Shown here: positions 14,518 through 25,019 of the stretch, in pieces | Layout: every line of letters starts with the position of its first letter | Position numbering within the stretch: the first letter of the stretch is position 1 | Origin: Eledone cirrhosa | Lineage: Eukaryota | Length of the DNA: 64,000 bases | Assembly: GCA_964016885.1 (NCBI GenBank) | Contig: OZ024754.1 | Span: 16,554,001 to 16,618,000 of the forward strand | Reading direction: 5' to 3' | Notes under the pieces: generated by a model | The model's input: only the letters and a program-made list of their open reading frames with translations | Databases searched by the model: none | What the model was told of the DNA's origin: nothing | Made by a program: the position numbers and the translations under genes

Positions 14518-15062
14518 GGGCGGTGGATTGGTAGAATTGGTAGAGCATTGGACAACATACTTGGCAGCATATAGTTACATCCCTTTACATTCTGAGTTCA
14601 AATCCTGCCGAGGTTAGCTTTGCCTTTTAACCCTTTAGCATTTTAACCAGCCATATCTGGCCAGAACTGTCTCACCTCTTTCTGTTCAAACCAGCTGTAA
14701 TCAGATGCTCATACTGATATTAAGGTATTGTTCTCAAAATAAATAATATCAAAATCTCATAGATTCAATATTATGTGAAGTAAAGCCTTTACCGTGAAAA
14801 TATAATAGTATATATAGAATAATTGTTTCTACTTTTGGCACAAGGCCAACAAATATCCCAGTGTATTACTGGTACTTTATTTTATCGACCCCGTAAGGAT
14901 GAAAGGCAAAGTTAACCTCAGTATATATAGAATAATGTAAATGCTAAAGGGTTAATCCTTACAAGGTCAATAAAATAAAACACCAGTAATGCACTGGTGT
15001 CAATTTAATCAACTTTCCCCTCCCCCAAAATTGTTAGGTCTTGGCCTAAATCAGAAACCATT
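14518..15062 (+). mobile_element. Nested cluster: SINE A interrupted by MITE P (14627-14955), itself interrupted by an inverted SINE A 3' fragment (14824-14919)
   Basis: MITE ends ttaa-ccctttagcattt / aaatgctaaaggg-ttaa. The inner SINE fragment is flanked by the 17-bp direct repeat agtatatatagaataat (14807-14823 and 14920-14936). Confidence 0.85.
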
Positions 15063-15301
15063 CATTACTTAATACCTCTAAATTCTTGATCATTTTCAAA
15101 ATTATTTGAACATCACAGGTGGTGTCTGTCATTAGAAATATGGTAATGAAATGGTTAAATATGATGCTTGAAACACATTATAATATACTGCATTGCAGCA
15201 TTGCACATTATGTTCTAATACTTATGGTGCACACTATCATAAACAATTGATGTAACCATTGAGTGGTGATTTCAGTTGTGCAGTTGTTGGTTCTCTGTGA
15301 C

Positions 15302-15946
15302 ATTGCTAGCATCCACAGAAGTAGGCTTAAAAACAACACACAACCAGAAGATGGCAATACAAACACTCAGCAGAACCATGTGAAAGGAGGTAAGGGGGGA
15401 CCCAGAGCCCACCCAAGAAACACAAACAGACCCAAGGACCCCCCACCGAGCATGGGGGAGGACCAACATGTAACACATAATGAGAACCCTAATCTAGGCA
15501 GGCAGAGGCCGACCATCCTCTGCAACTGCAGAAACCCCGAATCATGCCCCCTTGGTAATGAATGTCTCAAGAAGAACCTAGTGTACGGTTGTAGGGTTAA
15601 AACCCCCAACTCCGAACACCTCTACATAGGAGCCACATCAACGAGCTTTAAGGACCGCTGGTACAACCATCGCCATTCATTCAAGAAGGAGGCCAAAAGG
15701 AAAAGCACAGCTCTCTCCGACCTGATCTGGAAGCTTAAGCTGGACAGGACCCCATACTCTCTGGCCTGGTACATAATCAGGAACGTACCACCCGATAAAG
15801 GGGGATCTTGCATATGCAAACTATGCCTGTACGAGACCCTCGAGGTACTAAGAGGTGGAAGCGGCCTGATAAACCTCAGAACCGACTTCTTCGGGACATG
15901 CAGACACCTTAGAGCCGGGACCTTTCTCAAAATATATGGACAGTAG
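15302..15946 (+). pseudogene. Penelope-like GIY-YIG endonuclease domain (5'-truncated, frame open)
   Basis: CNCRNPESCPLGNECL...VYGCRV...LYIGAT..FKDRWYNHRHSF...STALSDLIWKLK...CKLCLYE...LINLR..FFGTCRH: VY/YIG motifs, catalytic R/E/N positions and a Cys-rich linker typical of PLE endonucleases. Confidence 0.88.
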
Positions 15947-17166
15947 CAACACAAGAGGATGTGAACTCCCCTCAAGCTATAGGGACTTCTACAGAACATG
16001 AAAACACCTCTCGGCCAGACCTCCCTCAAGCTATATGGGCAATAACAACACCCTAGGTTGTGAACTCCCCTCAAGCCACAGGGAACAACCCAGGTGGAGC
16101 AGACACCATGATAGCCTAGAGATAGAATCGAACACAGCCATAATAATTTGGCCAACATCTATAACACAAACACTTTTAATTTACCAGATTTCTGACTTTC
16201 AAGTTCCAATCTTAAATCTTGATTTCTCTTTATTAATTTGTTATTTGTTTTCTGCCCTCTTCACTGTATCACCTTATATTTATTTTAAGTTGAGATAGAT
16301 TATAACACAAACACATTGAGTTTGAATATCTCATCTTAACATCTTGTCTCATACCAATCTATCCAACATATTCTGACCTTGAGATTGGTTATAGCACACA
16401 CACACACACACACACTTTATCCTACATTATTTCTCACTTCTCCATATACATTTTCATTACTTTTTCACCAATCTCTCATTTATTCTTTATTCTTTATTCT
16501 CTATTTATTTATTTATTTATTTATTTTCAAATTACACAAATTATATTAATTATTTTATTATATTATTTATTTATTTTCTGTTTTCTTCATTTATTGCCTT
16601 ATATTTCTTCATATATGTGGAACCCCCCCCCCACCACCACCCCCATAACCACTACGATGGTGGCGGGAGGGATGAAGAAAAAACACAAACTGGATACTGC
16701 TAAATTGTTAGCAGCAGCAAGATATAAGCTGACCACTACACCAACAACAGTACCAAAATAATGGTGGAGGTCAAATGTACTGAACAATAGCAGGCAAAAA
16801 CACTACAGGGAGCCTCACCCCAGAAAGAATTCTATAGACTTCTGACTGAGGAATGCTTTCAGAACTGACCAATGGGAAGTTTGACACTTTTTTGTTATTT
16901 TGTTCCTTTAACACCTTGTCCTTTCTACTATTTTATCAATTTCTAAGCTAACTCCAACAATAACAACACTTAGAATGAGGAATGTTCTAATAACTGACCA
17001 ATGAGAGGAGAAGGGGACCTTTGACACTGAAATTCGTTTGTTTGAATTCATATGACTCCAGTTCCTCAGTGAATTAACAACCCAACAAGGAACTGGGCAT
17101 ATCAGAGTATTGACAATATTATACACCTAAACAACATATGTACTTGTCTATACCATACTAATTCAA

Positions 17167-17221
17167 ACTGCCTGAAGAGGTCACAGCCAAAGATGGCTGT
17201 CACTGAAATATATATAGCAGT
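17167..17221 (+). ncRNA. Type I hammerhead ribozyme motif (minimal, palindromic stem III)
   Basis: actgc-CTGAAGA-g gtcacagcca aaga tggctgtcac t-GAAA-tatata-TA-gcagt. Stem I actgc/gcagt; predicted cleavage after AUA at 17216. Confidence 0.85.
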
Positions 17222-17290
17222 AATAAACAAAGCTAAATTTTAATCATTTGACTTTTATTTAACTTTATTTTCTATATATATATATATATA

Positions 17291-18961
17291 AAGTTAAATA
17301 AAAGTCAAATGATTAAAATTTAGCTTCATTTATTACTGCTATATATATTTCAGTGACAGCCATCTTTGGCTGTGACCTCTTCAGGCAGTTTGAATTAGTA
17401 TGGTATAGACAAGTACATATGTTGTTTAGGTGTATGATATTGTCAATACTCTGATATGCCCAGTTCCTTGTTGGGTTGTTAATTCACTGGGGAACTGGAG
17501 TCATATGAATTCAAACAAACGAATTTTCGTGTCACAGGTCCCCTTCTCCTCTCATTGGTCAGTTATTAGAACATTCCTCATTCTAAGTGTTGTTATTGTT
17601 GGAGTTAGCTTAAAAATTGATAAAATGGTAGAAGGGACAAGGTGTTAAAGGAACAAAATAACAAAAAAACAAAACAACAAAAATAGTGTCAAACTTCCCA
17701 TTGTTCAGTTCTGAGAGCATTCCTCAGTCAGAAGTCTATAGAATTCTTTCTGGGGTGAGGCTCCCTGTAGTGTTTTTGCCTGCTATTGTTCAGTACATTT
17801 GACCTCCACCATTATTTTGGTACTGTTGATGTTGTAGTGGTCAGCTTATATCTTGCTGCTGCTAACAATTTAGAAGTATCCAGTTTGTGTTTTTTCTTCA
17901 TCCCTTCCACCACCATCGTTGTGGTGGTGGTGGTGGGTGGGGTGGGGGTTCTTTCATGTATATGAAGAAATATAAGGCAATAAATGAAGAAAACAGAAAA
18001 TAAATGAATAATATAATAAAATAAAATAATTAATATAATTTGTGTAATTTGAAAATAAATAAATAAATAGAGAATAAAGAGTAAATGAGAGATTGGTGAA
18101 AAAGTAATGATAATGTATATGGAGAAGTGAGAAATAATGTAGGATAAAGTGTGTGTGTGTGTGTGCTATAACCAATCTCAAGGTCAGAATATGTTGGATA
18201 GATTGGTATGAGACAAGATGTTAAGATGAGATATTCAAACTAAATGTGTTTGTGTTATAATCTATCTCAACTTAAAATAAATATAAGGTGATACAGTGAA
18301 GAGGGCAGAAAACAAATAACAAATTAATAAAGAGAAATCAAGATTTAAGATTGGAACTTGAAAGTCAGAAATCTGGTAAATTAAAAGTGTTTGTGTTATA
18401 GATGTTGGCCAAATTATTATGGCTGTGTTCGATTCTATCTCTAGGCTATCATGGTGTCTGCTCCACCTGGGTTGTTCCCTGTGGCTTGAGGGGAGTTCAC
18501 AACCTAGGGTGTTGTTATTGCCCATATAGCTTGAGGGAGGTCTGGCCGAGAGGTGTTTTCATGTTCTGTAGAAGTCCCTATAGCTTGAGGGGAGTTCACA
18601 TCTTCTTGTGTTGCTACTGTCCATATATTTTGAGGTGTCTGCATGTCCCGAAGAAGTCGGTTCTGAGGTTTATCAGGCCGCTTCCACCTCTTAGTATCTC
18701 GAGGGTCTCGTTCAGGCATAGTTTGCATATGCAAGATCCCCCTTTATCGGGTGGTACTTTCCTGATTATGTACCAGGCCAGAGAGTATGGGGTCCTGTCC
18801 AGCTTAAGCTTCCAGATCAGGTCGGAGAGAGCTGTGCTTTTCCTTTTGGCCTCCTTCTTGAATGAATGGCGATGGTTGTACCAGCGGTCCTTAAAGCTCG
18901 TTGATGTGGCTCCTATGTAGAGGTGTTCGGAGTTGGGGGTTTTAACCCTACAACCGTACAC
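17291..18961 (-). mobile_element. Penelope-like element family 1, inverted second copy (right arm)
   Basis: Reverse complement of ~15582-17266 with scattered substitutions and an 18-bp deletion (CRHLKIYGQ vs CRHLRAGTFLKIYGQ). Endonuclease ORF fragment at 18614-18961. Confidence 0.92.
17335..17389 (-). ncRNA. Type I hammerhead ribozyme motif (copy 2)
   Basis: Exact reverse complement of 17167-17221. Confidence 0.85.
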
Positions 18962-19319
18962 AGGGGACCTGTGACACGAAAATTCGTTTGTTTGAATTCA
19001 TAAGACTCCAGTTCCCCAGTGAATTAACAACCCAACAAGGAACTGGGCATATAGGAGTATTGACAATATCATACACCTAAACAACATATGTACTTGTCTA
19101 TACCATACTAATTCAAACTGCCTGAAGAGGTCACAGCCAAAGATGGCTGTCACTGAAATATATATAGCAGTAATAAACGAAGCTAAATTTTAATCATTTG
19201 ACTTTTATTTAACTTTATTTTACACTACTCCGGAGTAACCAAACCAACCTGCGCACTTCGTCGAGTGCTCCAGCCTGCATACTGAGGTGTTGGTATACAA
19301 CCAACATAAACTCAAAATC

Positions 19320-19320
<1 letters not shown>
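18962..19320 (+). mobile_element. Inverted 5' pseudo-LTR of the right-arm Penelope-like copy
   Basis: Repeats the terminal ~260 bp of the element. Carries right-arm-specific variants (gtgacacgaaaattcg, gttccccagt) plus a ~100-bp extension, and ends at (TA)n. Inverted pLTRs at 5' truncation points are a known PLE structure. Confidence 0.85.
19117..19171 (+). ncRNA. Type I hammerhead ribozyme motif (copy 3)
   Basis: Identical to 17167-17221. Confidence 0.85.
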
Positions 19321-19391
<71 letters not shown>

Positions 19392-19569
19392 GATGTATGG
19401 ACCTGTAACTCCTGATGGAGTTGTAGGTGTGCCAAAGTGACATACAGTGTGTCTTGGTTATTTTTGACACCAGGTGGAGCCTATCCCCTCTCCAGGTATA
19501 AAGACAACTCATTTCTTCCAAAGGATGAGAGAGAGAAATAGAGAGGAAGTGAGAAAGAGATATAGCTAA

Positions 19570-19732
19570 AGAATTAACCTCAATATTGGACTGGTAGTTT
19601 ATTTATGAACCACAAAAAGATGAAAGGCACAGTTTACCTTGGCAGGATTTGAACTCTGAGAGTAGAGAGCTGGAACAAATACCACAAACCATTCTATAAG
19701 ATGTTCTAACAACTCTGCCTATTCACTGCCTC
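19570..19732 (-). mobile_element. Degenerate tRNA-derived SINE (family A-related)
   Basis: gatgaaaggc...ggcaggatttgaactc, the reverse complement of the central domain and B box. Confidence 0.65.
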
Positions 19733-19894
19733 GTTATGTAAGAACTGCTTAATTCTGGAAAACGTTAGTTTATTGCTTAATCCCTTCAAATTCTCAATTT
19801 TTTTCCAAACGATTTGAAAATCTTAGGTAATGAATCTCATTAGAAATATGGTAAAGAAAAAGTTAATCCAGAGACTTTTGTTTTCATTCTGTTG

Positions 19895-20245
19895 CAATCA
19901 CCACCACCCCAAATCCCCCCCCCCCCCCCCAACCCACAACTCATCAGCTACCCCCTACCTCACCATCACTTAAACCCCACCACCACAACAACTTCAACTC
20001 ACCACCCCTACCCCACCCCCAACTCACACCCACTACTAACTACCCCCCCATCCCACCACCAACAACACGACCAACCCCAATCCCCCCCCCCCGCAATAAC
20101 CCCAACTCACCAACCCTGTCCCCACCCCAAACTAATACAAGCCCCACCCCAACTCATTACAACCCCCCCCCCCACCACTACCACCCGCAATCACCCCCCC
20201 CCCCCACCACAACCGCATTTCTACCACCACCCTCTTCCCACCATG
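19895..20245. repeat. C/A-rich low-complexity tract
   Basis: Degenerate (CCA)n with poly-C runs. Confidence 0.85.
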
Positions 20246-20520
20246 ATAAACATACCCAATATCAATAAACCCACAGCTAAAATCTCTCTTATTATTATGC
20301 TGATGTTGTGTTAATGTATTAAATATGAGTAACCAAAAGCAGCATTGCCAGGGTTTATTAATATTTAGAATAAATACAATCTACATGAATTCCTTATATT
20401 ATAGAGACTAAGTCAATTGTTTTAAATGTTGATAATCTTCAGTAGATTCAAGAATGTCGAGATATCACATTTGTTGCATTCGAAATGAGCTTCAGAAAAC
20501 TGCGCAGTATGTAGATAAAT

Positions 20521-21555
20521 GTAATGCTGGTGTCACAATAAGGTGCATCCAGTGCATTCTGCATGGTGGTAGTGCTGGTGTCACAATAAGATGCATCCAG
20601 TGCATTCTGCATGGTGGTAGTGCTGGTGTCACAATAAAATGCACCCAGTTCACTCTGTAACATGGTAGTGCTGGTGTCAATAAAATGCATCCACCCCACT
20701 CTGTACTGTGGTAGTGCTGGTGTCACAATAAAATGCACCCAGTTCACTCTGTAACATGGTAGTGCTGGTGTCAATAAAATGCATCCACCCCACTCTGTAC
20801 TGTGGTAGTGCTGGTGTCACAATAAAATGCATCCAGTTCACTCTGTAACATGGTAGTGCTGGTGTCAATAAAATGCATCCACCCCACTCTGTACTGTGGT
20901 AGTGCTGGTGTCACAATAAAATGCACCCAGTTCACTCTGTAACATGGTAGTGCTGGTGTCAATAAAATGCATCCACCCCACTCTGTACTGTGGTAGTGCT
21001 GGTGTCACAATAAAATGCACCCAGTTCACTCTGTAACATGGTAGTGCTGGTGTCAATAAAATGCATCCACCCCACTCTGTACTGTGGTAGTGCTGGTGTC
21101 ACAATAAAATGCACCCAGTTCACTCTGTAACATGGTAGTGCTGGTGTCAATAAAATGCATCCACCCCACTCTGTACTGTGGTAGTGCTGGTGTCACAATA
21201 AAATGCACCCAGTTCACTCTGTAACATGGTAGTGCTGGTGTCAATAAAATGCATCCACCCCACTCTGTACTGTGGTAGTGCTGGTGTCACAATAAAATGC
21301 ACCCAGTTCACTCTGTAACATGGTAGTGCTGGTGTCAATAAAATGCATCCACCCCACTCTGTACGGTGGTAGTGCTGGTGACACAATAAAATGTACCCAT
21401 TCCACCCTGTAGGGTGATAGTATTGGTGGTGTGATGCAATGTATACAGTTAGGCTAGTAAGGTGATAGTGTCATGATAAAATGCATCCAGTTCACTCTAT
21501 AAAGTGGTAATGCTGGTGTCACAATAAACTTGTACCCAATTCACTCTGTAAATGT
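20521..21555. repeat. Satellite of the 48/46-bp family, mostly a 94-bp (48+46) dimer
   Basis: gtagtgctggtgtcacaataaaatgcacccagttcactctgtaacatg alternates with a 46-bp partner; ORF starts recur every 94 bp. Homologous in reverse complement to the 1-10002 monomer. Confidence 0.95.
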
Positions 21556-21565
21556 AATTCTGGTA

Positions 21566-21608
21566 CCCATGCAAGCATGGAAAATTGACATTAAACGATA
21601 ATGATGAT
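21566..21608 (+). mobile_element. RTE-type 3' tail directly after the array
   Basis: cccatgcaagcatggaaaattgacattaaacgataatgatgat. Confidence 0.75.
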
Positions 21609-21646
21609 TAAGGTTAGTAGTTTGCTTGAAGTGTGGAATATGACAG

Positions 21647-21746
21647 TGAAATGTGGGTATATTTAGGAAGCCATACAATACAAGTGGGTTATAGAATTCT
21701 ATAAACCATTTGCATTGTCCAGCTTCCTAAATATACCCACTTTTCA
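21647..21746. repeat. ~100-bp imperfect palindrome
   Basis: gtgggtatatttaggaagc...tatagaattctata...gcttcctaaatatacccac. Confidence 0.85.
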
Positions 21747-23107
21747 TTTTCTTACACACACAAGATAGATAGATAGATATTTTCCAGTTTAGACCAGTAA
21801 GACCATGTCCAGCTAAGTACTTAATACTTTGGAAAGTAGAGTGATGTATTGTAAATAGTTAGTACCCAATGGCATGAGCTCAGCCGTCGGGCACTATCTA
21901 TTAACAATATATATATATATAGTGCTTTATATTTCACTTCTTTTCAACAATTTCCCATTTAAATTCCTCCCTCTCTTCTCTTCTTTCTCTCTGTTGGCTT
22001 GTCTCCACCCTCTCTCTCTTTCTTTGTACGTCTGTCTATCTATCTTTGTCTCCCCCCCCCCCTCTCTCTCTCTCTCTCACACACACATACACACATAATA
22101 CCATACTGTCTTTTACCAATACTAAGTTTGTTCTCTTTTACAGCAGATTTAATATTGTTTTTTCATCTCTGGTTGAAATCCACAGTGGAAAGGATAAAAG
22201 CTGAAGCAGTTTTCACAATACCTTCCCCACCAACCTATCCCCTACACCCACACTGTAGGTTTCCTATATGTTAGCTTATGTCTGTTGTTATGTAAATATT
22301 ATGCTGTTCGATTATTGATGTAAAAGGCTTATTGATCTGTTTATTGGGACTTATTTATTCATCAGTCCCTGATTCAGATTTGTGGGATGTATCATACTGG
22401 AACGATGGCTGCTCACTATTCGATTAGACGGTAAAGAACAGCAATTCGTATGCCACTAGTTTGTTTGTTTGTTCTTTTTTTATGCTTGCTCAATTGCCTT
22501 TTAGAACATCAGAGGATAGCAAACAAACTGCAGATTTTATGTTAAGAATTTTATCTCACCAGTAACAGTGCACTGCCATACATGCAGGCATCTATGTGTT
22601 TGTGTGTGGAGTTGTGTGAGCAGAACAGAAGCAATCATAGAAGAGGGAGGAGGAGGAGGAGGAGGAAGAGGAGGAGGAGGATGAAGAGGGAGGAGGAAAG
22701 TAGAGAGTAAAATTGAATCACATGAAATCTGTGGACGAAGAGGTATGAAATGAGAGGAAGCGAGTGAAAGAGAGAAGAAAGGAAGGGGAAGTGTTGAAAG
22801 TAGAAAGAAGAGGAGATTTGGATCAATGTTGTTTTTCAAATGAAATGGAAACGTCTCAATCTGATTTCTGCTTTTCTCTTTTAATTACAAAGTTCTTCTT
22901 TCACTGGTTAATTAAACAATTTTCTTTATACAAAACCGCCTGAAACCAGTCGTGTTTCTATGCTGTAGAACTGCCTGTTTTATCTAAAAGCCTTTCCATC
23001 ATAATTTTATGCAAGAAGCTTTACTATGTTATGTCCCGAACACAAAAATAGTGATCTCTACTTTAGGCACAAGATCATTAATTTGAGGAGGAGGATGAAA
23101 AGTAGAT

Positions 23108-23335
23108 TAATCCTTTAGCATTTAAACCAGCAATATCTGGCCAGAATTCTCTCACCTCTTTCTCTTCAAACTGGCCACAACTGGCTGCTCATACTTATGT
23201 TAAGGTATTGTTCTCAAAATAAATAATATCAAAATCTAACAGATTCGATATAATGTGAGATAATTATGTGAGATAAAGTATTTACTGTGAAAATACAATA
23301 GTAAATATAGAGTAATGTAAATGGTAAAGGGTTAA
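23108..23335. mobile_element. piggyBac-type MITE family P inserted in a minus-strand SINE (~23050-23450)
   Basis: ttaa-tcctttagcattta ... aatggtaaaggg-ttaa. SINE sequence lies on both sides. Confidence 0.8.
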
Positions 23336-23573
23336 ATTGACCCCGGTATTTAACTGGTACTTTATTATATCAACCCTGAAAGCATGAAAAGCAAAATTGG
23401 CTTTGGTGGGATTTGAACTCAGAACGTAAAGGGCCAGAACAAATACCACAAAACCTTAATAATGAAAATGTTATATAACTAAATCTCCACTAAATTTTCG
23501 ATTATTTTCAAAATTATTTGAAAATCATAAGACAGGTTCTTGCATAATAAACACTTTAAAATAAATATTGTTA

Positions 23574-23838
23574 TGCCCATAGTATTGGAGCTGTGATCTC
23601 TCAATTCAGAGAAGTAGTGGCTCTACCTGGAGTGACTCGCTGATTTCCAAGCTACGCACTCTTTCGAGTAATGTTACTCTAAACACCCTTTGGATGAACC
23701 CTATTTTGGTTGCTTGTATTAACAATCATATTCTTTTGCTCATTACCATAGGTAATGACCATAAGTAAGGGTTGGCTGGAATACAGAATTGAAGATAGCG
23801 AGTTTGGCTTTTACACCTACCTCCCTTCTTCCGATGAC
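23574..23838 (-). pseudogene. Decayed Rex3/Expander-like RTE ORF fragment
   Basis: Hand translation across one frameshift and stops: REVGVKAKLAIFNSVFQPTLTYGHYLW/VM..I*LLIQA..IGFIQRV...LERVRSLEISESLQVEPLLL*IERSQLQYYGH. Confidence 0.75.
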
Positions 23839-24162
23839 TAAAGAATAATCAAAAACAAAAAACAAAAAAAAACTTTATTTGCACTGTTTAAACCCAACAT
23901 TATATACCCTGTAGTATAGCAGTTTGATATAGAGATCAATAAAATAAGTACCAGATTGAAATAAGTTCTGTGATAGATATAATCACCTAATGCCCTTGAA
24001 AGTGGTGTCCTAGCAGTAAAAGTATTATAGAATATGCATTTGAACCTCATTAATTAACGGCCATTTTCCATAATTTCAGTAAAAATTATTCATTAATTAA
24101 TTGCAATAGAGTGTATTTTTTAAGAAATACAGTCATGAAAATGTTAAATATAGTTTGAGAAA

Positions 24163-24486
24163 TTAACCCTTTAACATTTAAACTGGGCTTATCCGGCCAG
24201 AATTCTTTCACCTCTTTCTATTCAAACTGGCCATAACTGGTCACTCATACTGATATTAAGATATTGTTCTCAAAATAAATAATATCAAAATCTCATAGAT
24301 TCGATATTATGATATTATGTGAGATAATTATGTGAGGTAAAGCCATTACCATGAAAATATAATAGTAGATATAGAGTAATATAAATGTGATGGGAGATAT
24401 TATGTGAGATAATTATGTGAGGTAAAGCTATTACCATGAAAATATAATAGTATATATATAGAGTAATATAAATGCTAAAGAGTTAA
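24163..24486. mobile_element. piggyBac-type MITE family P with an internal ~80-bp duplication
   Basis: ttaa-ccctttaacattta ... aaatgctaaagag-ttaa. The block gatattatgtgagataattatgtgaggtaaagc occurs twice. Confidence 0.82.
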
Positions 24487-24764
24487 GGTTTACTTTTTAC
24501 GTGAACTTAAAATACGCGAATTTGCTTTAACACCTCTTGAAAAAAATTATTAAATATTCACTTTGCATGAATAACGCACTATAACACGTGAAGTTTTTAG
24601 TGCTTTTTATTTATCAGAAAATTAGACTTGAATTACCCGAATTTGCTTTATGTGTGGGTCTTCACGAATGCATCTTCGCGTAAAAAGCAAACATTGTATA
24701 TAGAATTAGGTTATATTATTGAGCTGTCCAGCCTGTGCCATGGAAAATTGGACATAAAAACTAA

Positions 24765-24950
24765 TGATTGTTTCTACTTTTGGCACAAGGCCAGCAATTA
24801 CCCAGTACATTACTGGTACTTTATTTTATCGACCCCGTAAGGATGAAAGGCAAAGTTAACCTCGGCGAGATATGAATTCAAAATGGCAAGGACCGTAACT
24901 CTATGCGTCAAAGCATGGCGTCCAACCCTCTACCAATACTACCAATCCAC
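24765..24950 (-). mobile_element. tRNA-derived SINE family A
   Basis: Reverse complement of the family A sequence. Confidence 0.88.
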
Positions 24951-25019
24951 CGAGAATATACATATTTCATTTTGTCAGATGATACATAATTTGTTAATGA
25001 TGTTAGAAGTTTCAAAATG

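Larger units (their letters stand above)
15302..17272 (+). mobile_element. 5'-truncated Penelope-like retroelement (family 1), left arm
   Basis: C-terminal GIY-YIG endonuclease ORF, long 3' UTR, and a terminal region with a hammerhead motif, ending at (TA)n. Confidence 0.9.

Noticed and set aside
15302-17272. Naiad-type (N-terminal endonuclease, selenoprotein) PLE
   Set aside because: The endonuclease is followed by a stop and UTR, so it is C-terminal. It has no in-frame TGA, and hammerheads are present.
22130-22460. Possible exon or snoRNA/hammerhead (ctgatga on the minus strand near 22360)
   Set aside because: No GAAA or stem arrangement, no convincing C/D box pair, and no recognisable peptide.
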